The notes beneath the pieces were generated by a model. The model saw only the letters and a list, made by a program, of their open reading frames with translations. It was not told the origin of the DNA and made no database searches. Positions 57,494 through 64,000 of a stretch of DNA of 64,000 nucleotides are shown piece by piece. Within the stretch, counting starts at the first letter, position 1, and every line of letters begins with the position of its first letter. The stretch covers positions 32,001 to 96,000 of the IMG/VR virus record IMGVR_UViG_3300025141_000025; one strand, written 5' to 3'. The DNA is from a virus. A program made the translations under genes and the position numbers.

Positions 57494-57670
57494 ATGAAAA
57501 GTAAAGAAGAAGAAAATAAGCCATCGCAGGTGATAAAAAAAACAATGAGAGAAGCTTCATTGCAAGAAATAGGTGATAAGCTTGGATTGACTAGAATGCG
57601 AATCTGTCAAATAGAAAAACTAATTCTGGAAAAAATTAGAGATAGCAAAGAATTGGAAGAGTTTAAATAA
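57494..57670 (+). CDS. Stand-alone sigma70 region-4 HTH protein (58 aa), missed by ORF track
   Basis: MKSKEEENKPSQVIKKTMREASLQEIGDKLGLTRMRICQIEKLILEKIRDSKELEEFK matches the region 4.2 consensus TLxEIGxxLGxTRERIRQIExxALxKLR. Confidence 0.85.
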   Translation: MKSKEEENKPSQVIKKTMREASLQEIGDKLGLTRMRICQIEKLILEKIRDSKELEEFK

Positions 57671-57701
57671 AAAATGCGGTGAATAAAATATTCACCGCAT
57701 T
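57665..57701 (-). terminator. Intrinsic terminator between convergent genes
   Basis: Perfect 13-bp stem AATGCGGTGAATA (57673-57685) / TATTCACCGCATT (57689-57701), followed by a U-rich tract on the minus strand. Confidence 0.85.
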
Positions 57702-57724
57702 GTGAGCTTGCAAGCTAGTGTGTA

Positions 57725-57931
57725 TCACACACCTTTTCTTGATTTTTCTTCTGAGATTGTTAACTTAACAAGGTCAGCAGATCTTCCTTTTAAAATTCGT
57801 AGTGCTCTTCTAGCTCTCACTCCGGCCGCTGAATTTCCATTTGCATTCTTAACGACATCGACCTCTGCCGCTTCGACGAGTGCTTTTACCTCACTCCATG
57901 CCTCTAAAATTGAATTTGACGTGTCACTCAT
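57725..57931 (-). CDS. Histone H1-like Hc1-family protein (N-terminal domain only)
   Basis: DVVKNANGNSAAGVRARRAL matches the Hc1 family KxxxGNKAAGxRxR motif; AGGAG RBS. Confidence 0.8.
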   Translation of the reverse strand: MSDTSNSILEAWSEVKALVEAAEVDVVKNANGNSAAGVRARRALRILKGRSADLVKLTISEEKSRKGV

Positions 57932-57942
57932 TTTTTAAACTC

Positions 57943-58290
57943 CTAGGTGTAAATTTTTGTCTTATCGTTGACGTCTGATATTTTTGCCGTTGCTTCATTG
58001 TGAAATCTTTCACTCTCTTCTACAAAGGCATTAATTTTGTTCATGACATGAACATCCTCTAATTCTAGTGCAAGAAGCCTTATAATGTAAATAATTTGTG
58101 ACTGACTTACACCAAAATCCATTATCTCTTTCACAATTTCGCGAGCTTTTGAACGATTTAAAAGATCACTTCTTTCTTCTTGCGAAAGAGCTTTAACTTT
58201 GTCGTTTTTATTTTTTTCTACTTTTGATTGTGTCTTTTTCGGTTTTGTTGGAAATGAAACCTCGAATGTTACATTGTCTTTTTTGTTCAT
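57943..58290 (-). CDS. Hypothetical protein
   Basis: Coupled ORF, helical. Confidence 0.6.
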   Translation of the reverse strand: MNKKDNVTFEVSFPTKPKKTQSKVEKNKNDKVKALSQEERSDLLNRSKAREIVKEIMDFGVSQSQIIYIIRLLALELEDVHVMNKINAFVEESERFHNEATAKISDVNDKTKIYT

Positions 58291-58748
58291 AGGTATTCCT
58301 TTCTAGAAAATGATTCTACACGAAATTTACGCTCATTTACTATTCTAAGTATCTTTCCTGTTTTGTCACCATCAGTTGATTCAGTTGATAATACTATGAC
58401 GGAATCCCATGCTTTATTTTCTAGAATAGATCTAGCATATTGATAATCAGGAATTTCCAAGTCATAATTTTGAAATAATTCGACTAATTCACTAGGTAAT
58501 GATATTGCTACATCGTTAATTTTTTCAATGGCGGCAGATTCATCTTTTCCTGCCACAATTTCCGATTTACAAATGTCATAAACCTTATGAATTGTCCCAC
58601 AATTATTACACTGAGAAAAACTTGGCACAACAGTATCTGATTTATCTATGGCGCTAAATACCACAAATTTATGATAAACCGTCTCACTTCTTTCTCTGTA
58701 TTGGGGCAAAACGCAGTGACATTCAATAATGTGCTTTGTTCCGTGCAT
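58287..58748 (-). CDS. Hypothetical Cys/His-rich (putative Zn-binding) protein
   Basis: ECHC and QCNNCGTIH motifs. Confidence 0.6.
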   Translation of the reverse strand: MHGTKHIIECHCVLPQYRERSETVYHKFVVFSAIDKSDTVVPSFSQCNNCGTIHKVYDICKSEIVAGKDESAAIEKINDVAISLPSELVELFQNYDLEIPDYQYARSILENKAWDSVIVLSTESTDGDKTGKILRIVNERKFRVESFSRKEYL

Positions 58749-58967
58749 TTATTTTGAGTATAAATTACTGATATATCCAACTAATCCATCGGTGTTGGTT
58801 GTGACCAATGAATTAATTTTAGATCTTAATTCTGATAATTTTTCGTTGCTTAGCGTTTCGTTCTTTTCTTCAACTAACACTTGAAATATTTGCTGCGCTA
58901 ATACAGCATTTCTATCTAATACTGCACGACAAACTGTGCCTTCACTAGGACTATTTGTTTTTTTCAT
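58749..58967 (-). CDS. Hypothetical protein
   Basis: Coupled ORF with AGGAG RBS. Confidence 0.55.
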   Translation of the reverse strand: MKKTNSPSEGTVCRAVLDRNAVLAQQIFQVLVEEKNETLSNEKLSELRSKINSLVTTNTDGLVGYISNLYSK

Positions 58968-60184
58968 TTGTGACTCCTATTGTCAGATGTGATAACTGCA
59001 CCTAGGTTTTGTAAAATTTCATCAATGCTTTTAATACTCTTCTTTGCTGACAAATATGAAGAAATTGCAATGGGTAATGTACATTTTTCAAATTCTATTT
59101 GCATAATGCCTGACCTTGATGAAAACCTTGAAATTGCTAATAGCGTTTTTACCCTATCAATTGTTAGGCCGGCCATGTTTCCGAGATCTCGCCCTAGGCT
59201 TATTTTTATTTTTCTCTCATTTGATGAATTCGATGATTGAATTATAATTTTGTTTGCAGAAACTGATACATTTATTGTTTCTTCTAGTTTGATATTCCTT
59301 AATTCGCTTCCTATTATTGAAGAAGCACATGTAACATTTTGATTTTCTAAAGATAGAAAATTTTCATAACCCCAATCACTTGCGACAAAAGGAATAACTC
59401 GTAATTTTTTATTTTTATAATTTGAACTTAGGGTATTTGCAACATCCGGCAAAAATCCATTTGCTGCAATGATTACATGTTGTTGGTTTGATTTTTCTAA
59501 AATATGGTGAATTTGTGAAACGTTTTCAATAATACCATCTATCGCCAATACATGGGATTTTCCTGAATATTCAAAATCTTCGCCTAAAGATGAAGCAAAA
59601 AGACTGTCTATGTTCCCTTTTATTGAATGCCCTGTAATAACTGACACATGGCTTCCAAAATGTTTTCCTTCACTAACGTTCACTTCGCAACCGTTGCTGC
59701 CAATAGTAAAAGCATGCTTTGCAATGCTCGTTGCCAATCCATTGGAACCCCAATTGACTAAAAGATTTTCAACATCTTTTTTTTGTACTCGTGGGCTGCT
59801 AGATAAGTTTTTAATGTTTCCAACAAACATCATACACGTGATAATTCCTGATCCACCTTGTTTTACTTCGGCGGAAAAGAAACAACTTAATAAAATATTT
59901 CTTACTGCATGGTCAATACTTGAACTTCTGGACCAATAAGAAATAATTCTATGAAAATCTAACAAACAAGCGTTGTTTATCTTGTCTGCATAGTGAATCG
60001 TATGTTTGCCACTCAATAAATCAATCAATATTTTTCTCAACTCTTCTCGAGCTTTAATAATTGAACGATTTATTGAATTTACATCTGCATAAACTCTAGT
60101 GTACGTTTTTTGAGTTGAAGTGCTGCATTGGGTCAATGTGTTCCGCCGCCGCAGCAACCTTTTCGATAAAATTTCCTGCTGCAT
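58964..60184 (-). CDS. Highly divergent GroEL/Cpn60-like protein lacking ATPase motifs (start possibly TTG 60136)
   Basis: HVLAIDGIIENVSQIHHILEK..VIIAANGFLPDVANTLSSNYKNKKLRVIPFVA aligns by eye with the GroEL apical domain; flanking intermediate-domain segments also align. Confidence 0.6.
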   Translation of the reverse strand: MQQEILSKRLLRRRNTLTQCSTSTQKTYTRVYADVNSINRSIIKAREELRKILIDLLSGKHTIHYADKINNACLLDFHRIISYWSRSSSIDHAVRNILLSCFFSAEVKQGGSGIITCMMFVGNIKNLSSSPRVQKKDVENLLVNWGSNGLATSIAKHAFTIGSNGCEVNVSEGKHFGSHVSVITGHSIKGNIDSLFASSLGEDFEYSGKSHVLAIDGIIENVSQIHHILEKSNQQHVIIAANGFLPDVANTLSSNYKNKKLRVIPFVASDWGYENFLSLENQNVTCASSIIGSELRNIKLEETINVSVSANKIIIQSSNSSNERKIKISLGRDLGNMAGLTIDRVKTLLAISRFSSRSGIMQIEFEKCTLPIAISSYLSAKKSIKSIDEILQNLGAVITSDNRSHK

Positions 60185-60344
60185 TAAAGAACATCTCTTT
60201 TTTCTGGTTTTTGTTAATTTCTATGCCAATTCTAAAAATTGCGCCAAGTATACCTAATACCAACAAAGTAATTGATAAACCGAAACTAGTGGAGTTCAGA
60301 AACACCCCACTCAAAATTAAAACCTCAGAGGCAAATCCACGCAT
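60096..60344 (-). CDS. Small two-TM membrane protein
   Basis: ATG 60344 after GGAGG; hydrophobic VLILSGVFL and ITLLVLGILGAIF segments. Confidence 0.6.
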   Translation of the reverse strand: MRGFASEVLILSGVFLNSTSFGLSITLLVLGILGAIFRIGIEINKNQKKEMFFNAAGNFIEKVAAAAEHIDPMQHFNSKNVH

Positions 60345-60346
60345 CT

Positions 60347-62278
60347 TTAACTGTCCCTCCACAAATTGTTGCTAGCATAAGTAAGAATTTCTTCAGCACT
60401 ATCTTCATTGTATCCGTACTGTTCAATCATTACTTTCACCATTTCATTATATTTCTTTTGCTGGTCTTTATCACGTGTTTTTGACTTGGTCACAATCCTA
60501 GAAATATCTCTGACAGAGTTTATGAGGTATGATTCAATCGCCTCCTTGAGCGGTTCATAAGATCTAAAATCTACATTTTCCCCGCGACGCATTTTTGCAA
60601 ACATATAAGCTGTTACATCACTTCTAAAACCGTCACGTGATGAACCTGTCACGCCTATCTGTTCCTCAATTGAGGTCATAAACCTCTCATCGGGCTTTCT
60701 TTCTTCTTTAGTAACACGATCTTTCATCTTTTGTTTAGTCGTGTATGCCTCTGCATTATCTAGATACGTGTCGAATAGTGACTGTGCTTGCTCTTCGTAT
60801 GCAGATATAAATGCCTTGGCAATTTCCGTATCCAGCATTTTGAGATATTCTTCTCGTAAAACTTTACCAATTAGTTCAAGGCACCTTTCTTTAAATTCCT
60901 CATCCGGGATTTGTTCTTTTACACAAACCGTCAATGATTCCATTAGAGATACAGGTGTAATCATATTCTTGTCACTTTTTGCCAGAGAAGCATCTAGTGC
61001 CTTTGTAATAAATCTAGTTGAAATCCCGCTCATCCCCTCTCTTCTAGCTTCTTCTTTGAGGTCTTTTATGTCTATTTTTTTAACACGACCTTTTTCAACA
61101 ACTTCATCTCCATTATAGATCTTCATTTTTGTGACAAGATCACACTTGGCAGATTGCTTAAGCCTAGACATAATGCTAAACATGGAGGCAACACGAAGAG
61201 TGTGGGGTGCTATGTGAGCGTCAAAATCTGATTGTCCTAGCATTTTTTCATAAATTTTTATTTCTTGATCTAGCTCTAGGCAATACGGTACATCAACCTT
61301 TACCACCCTGTCTAGGATTGCTTCATTTGTATGTTCTGATTGGAATCTATTCCACTCTGCTTCATTGCAGTGTGCTAAAATAACGCCGTCAAAGTGAAGC
61401 ATATCGCTCTTGCCAGGTGAGGGGATTCTTTTCTCCTGCGTCGCGGTAATAATTGTGTGCAAGAATTCAATTTCATTCTTAAACACCTCAACCATTTCTA
61501 CGAGACCACGATTGCCGACATTAAATGCACCGTTCAATGAAAGGGCTCGAGGATCATCTTCTGAGAATTTGTCTAATTTAGAAATATCTACAGAGCCTAT
61601 TAGTACAGAAACATCCTGACTATTAGCATCCATGGGAGGAACCGAGGCTACGCCACGACGACCGCGCTGGGAAAATGTCGTCTGCTCAACCTCGAATTCC
61701 TCGTACTTGCCATCCAGTTGTTCTAGCAAAATGTGGCGTGCAACTGGGCTAATGTCTCCACGAATGCGGACACCAAGTTCTTTTTCAAATGTTTCTCTTA
61801 GTTTTCTAGGAACAAGCTGCAGAGGTTCACCTCTGTGTGGATCGCCTTTAAGGTGATAATACTTGTGTCCCTCTAGGACATTTTTAACATGTTCTGTTAG
61901 TGCTGATTTACCGGCACCTACTGGACCCATGAGTAGCAACACCTGCCTGCTTTCTTCACCGTTATGGGCAGAGCTGTGTAAAAAGCTCATGACTTTTTCC
62001 AACACAGGTTCCATTCCAAAAAAATGGTTTTCAAAATATTTGTAAATCTTCACAGAATCATTATTAAAAATCCTGCTTTTTCTTGGATTTGAATCTGGCA
62101 TTTTTTCAACACCATGATCAATAACGGCCTCATATAATCTCCTATGCGCCGTTTTTACAATACTTGAATCTTTGGAAACAAGTTCAAGGTAATCAGAGAA
62201 GGTTCCTTTAAACTTTTCTTTTTTTGAACCTTCTTCTCTTTGGCTTTGAATAGCCTTTAGCAATTTGTTTACTGACAT
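60347..62278 (-). CDS. prkA: PrkA/YeaG family AAA+ serine protein kinase
   Basis: FFGME..LMGPVGAGKS (Walker A); SQDVSVLIGSVDISKL; GAFNVGNRGLVEMVEVFK; TATQE; PYCLE; REGMSGISTRF. Confidence 0.93.
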   Translation of the reverse strand: MSVNKLLKAIQSQREEGSKKEKFKGTFSDYLELVSKDSSIVKTAHRRLYEAVIDHGVEKMPDSNPRKSRIFNNDSVKIYKYFENHFFGMEPVLEKVMSFLHSSAHNGEESRQVLLLMGPVGAGKSALTEHVKNVLEGHKYYHLKGDPHRGEPLQLVPRKLRETFEKELGVRIRGDISPVARHILLEQLDGKYEEFEVEQTTFSQRGRRGVASVPPMDANSQDVSVLIGSVDISKLDKFSEDDPRALSLNGAFNVGNRGLVEMVEVFKNEIEFLHTIITATQEKRIPSPGKSDMLHFDGVILAHCNEAEWNRFQSEHTNEAILDRVVKVDVPYCLELDQEIKIYEKMLGQSDFDAHIAPHTLRVASMFSIMSRLKQSAKCDLVTKMKIYNGDEVVEKGRVKKIDIKDLKEEARREGMSGISTRFITKALDASLAKSDKNMITPVSLMESLTVCVKEQIPDEEFKERCLELIGKVLREEYLKMLDTEIAKAFISAYEEQAQSLFDTYLDNAEAYTTKQKMKDRVTKEERKPDERFMTSIEEQIGVTGSSRDGFRSDVTAYMFAKMRRGENVDFRSYEPLKEAIESYLINSVRDISRIVTKSKTRDKDQQKKYNEMVKVMIEQYGYNEDSAEEILTYASNNLWRDS

Positions 62279-62339
62279 AATTTATCTCCAGCGCATTTAC
62301 ATTCTACTACGCGTTAGAAAGTAATAAAATACCTATGGG

Positions 62340-63641
62340 TTAAATTTCCCAAGGTTCTCCTTCAATAATCGTGTGAAGTATAACATTGTTGCCCCATAGG
62401 CACTTTGTATGATCCACAGTTTTATCGGCATAGTCAAGTTCTAAGTCTCTCTTGTCGTGTTCATGTCGAAGAACTAAAGTTCCATCTGATTCCACTTCTT
62501 CTACTTTAATTACAGGAATTTTTGCGTCTGCAATTGATTCACACATGTGTGTTCTTACTTTTTTCCAACCATCATCATCAGAAATTTCATCAACTGTAAA
62601 AGCTTCCTTTTTTTCACTCCAGCTAAAAAGACCTAGGTCTTCACATAATTCCTGCGTCAAATATTGCCTAATAAAAGCAATATCATTGCAAGATTCCCTA
62701 GCAATAAAGCATTCCTCTAATCCATGTTTTTCTTTAATGTTTTGAAAAATTACAAAACCTAAATGATATGGATTAAGTCCTCCCATGTGTGGACGAATCA
62801 CCGCATTGTGCATTCTCAAAAATGGAAGATGGTATTCGTCCGGTAAATTTAAATCATGGCAAATTGTATAATGCCAAAGAGATGCCCACCCCTCATTCAT
62901 AATTTTAGTTTGAATCTGTGGCATAAAATAATATGCTTCATCTCTAACTATTTCAATAATGTCTCTTTTCCAGTCAGGCATTTTACCATGTTCAGCAATA
63001 AACCCCATAAGATCAGGATCAGGTTCAAGAGGCGGTTGATCTAAATCGTAAAACAACTGATTTCCAGCTGGGTCGTAATCAATTAGCCCCTTATAGTATT
63101 CTACCATTTCTTTGTGGTTTTTTCTTTGAGTTCCGTCTCTATGAATTTGATATTGAAGTGCGTGACAGCCGTCAATTACTTCTTCAACTTTCTCAATTCC
63201 AATGTACGGATCCTCAACATACTCTTGAATTCTTTTTTTAGCCTGCCTAAATCTTCCAATTACAGATTCGGGGCGTGTATTTGCGAACATTCTATTATTT
63301 TTAAAGAAGTCACTGTGACCTACACAATGTGCCATGATTAGAATTTGAAGATACAGAGGATTCTCACGCATAAGATAGGCAATTGAAGGATTAGAATTAA
63401 TAATAAGTTCGTATGGTAATCCTTCAACCCCTGCATTATATGCCTGATGTGTTCTTTCAAATGATTTACCGTATGACCAGTGATCGTAATGTGTTGGCAT
63501 ACCGTGATAAGACATGTGGCCAATCATCGAGTAATAATCACAAACTTCATATGAAATTGGAAACCAATCTAATCCGTAGCCCTTGGCCACTTCTATGATT
63601 TTATCATCCCATGTTTTAAGATCATCAACACTCCATGTCAT
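62340..63641 (-). CDS. spoVR: SpoVR/YcgB family protein
   Basis: GMPTHYDHWSYGKSF; YELIINSNPSIAYLM; AHCVGHSDFFKNN; YFMPQIQTKIMNEGWASLWH; NPYHLG. Confidence 0.93.
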   Translation of the reverse strand: MTWSVDDLKTWDDKIIEVAKGYGLDWFPISYEVCDYYSMIGHMSYHGMPTHYDHWSYGKSFERTHQAYNAGVEGLPYELIINSNPSIAYLMRENPLYLQILIMAHCVGHSDFFKNNRMFANTRPESVIGRFRQAKKRIQEYVEDPYIGIEKVEEVIDGCHALQYQIHRDGTQRKNHKEMVEYYKGLIDYDPAGNQLFYDLDQPPLEPDPDLMGFIAEHGKMPDWKRDIIEIVRDEAYYFMPQIQTKIMNEGWASLWHYTICHDLNLPDEYHLPFLRMHNAVIRPHMGGLNPYHLGFVIFQNIKEKHGLEECFIARESCNDIAFIRQYLTQELCEDLGLFSWSEKKEAFTVDEISDDDGWKKVRTHMCESIADAKIPVIKVEEVESDGTLVLRHEHDKRDLELDYADKTVDHTKCLWGNNVILHTIIEGEPWEI

Positions 63642-64000
63642 GATTCCCCTCCATAGTTTCCAAACATTACCTTAAATGCTTTCCAAACATCTTCCCTTTC
63701 AGAGATTGCCACCGACTTCATGGTTCTGCACAATAATTGTTGTAAGTGATTTGAAAGCCTCTCGCTGTCTGCCCATGAAGGTTCATCAACAGGCGTAATT
63801 TCACAGTATCCAAATAACTGACACATGTTTGTAAGTTTTTGTGCTGCTGTTAACATGTCATTTGTATCATAAGACCAATTGTCCCCATCTGAACAGTGAA
63901 AAGCATAAACATTCCATGCGCTTGGATGAAATCTTTTTGAAATAACGTCTAACGCTTCATTATATGCTGACGATACCAATGTTCCTCCGGATGAACCTCT
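63638..64000 (-). CDS. yeaH: YeaH/YhbH (DUF444, VWA-like) protein, C-terminal part; 5' end outside window
   Basis: RGSSGGTLVSSAY..WNVYAFHCSDGDNW..LFGYCEI; frame open to the right edge. Confidence 0.88.
   Translation of the reverse strand, partial: RGSSGGTLVSSAYNEALDVISKRFHPSAWNVYAFHCSDGDNWSYDTNDMLTAAQKLTNMCQLFGYCEITPVDEPSWADSERLSNHLQQLLCRTMKSVAISEREDVWKAFKVMFGNYGGES

Noticed and set aside
20-63598. Numerous plus-strand ORFs in the supplied track (60-261 aa, e.g. 49953-50738)
   Set aside because: They lie antisense to well-supported minus-strand genes and show no motifs; the long ones mirror repetitive fibre codons.
1-64000. Stop-codon reassignment, as in some large phages
   Set aside because: Genes are full-length under the standard code, and TAA, TAG and TGA all terminate genes at coupled junctions.
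1-64000. tRNA, rRNA, introns, inteins or IS elements
   Set aside because: Intergenic gaps are too short or lack cloverleaf motifs; no transposase, homing endonuclease or intein signatures were recognised.

Overview
This 64-kb window reads as part of a large (jumbo-type) myovirus genome. Genes are densely packed, almost all on the minus strand, and use the standard genetic code. In transcription order (right to left): (1) a yeaH(DUF444)-spoVR-prkA triad, a very divergent GroEL-like protein, small unknowns, an Hc1 histone-like gene and PIN-PhoH; (2) three paralogous tail-fibre genes; (3) a ~21.6-kb glycan-building island with GT4, GT2 and GT9 transferases, a split HldE-type kinase/nucleotidyltransferase, Gmd, Ugd, an epimerase, a carbamoyltransferase, a methyltransferase, oxidoreductases and a Cas4-like nuclease; (4) a phage sigma factor followed by baseplate genes (gp5-, gp25-, gp6- and wedge-like) and lectin/beta-helix virion proteins; (5) a >1280-aa ORF running off the left edge. 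The ORF track missed that left-edge ORF and the only convincing plus-strand gene, a 58-aa stand-alone sigma70 region-4 protein. The strongest candidate for an undescribed system is virion O-glycosylation: unrelated peripheral virion proteins are rich in an [S/T]-G-[S/T] tripeptide that is absent from core baseplate proteins, and they flank the sugar-activation/glycosyltransferase island. Other highlights are a repeated late-promoter motif GATATTTAGT, a possible two-part sigma arrangement, an apparently ATPase-dead chaperonin, a daisy-chain fibre architecture and a 1+2 domain candidate spike tip. All annotations come from motif recognition by eye; no database searches were run.
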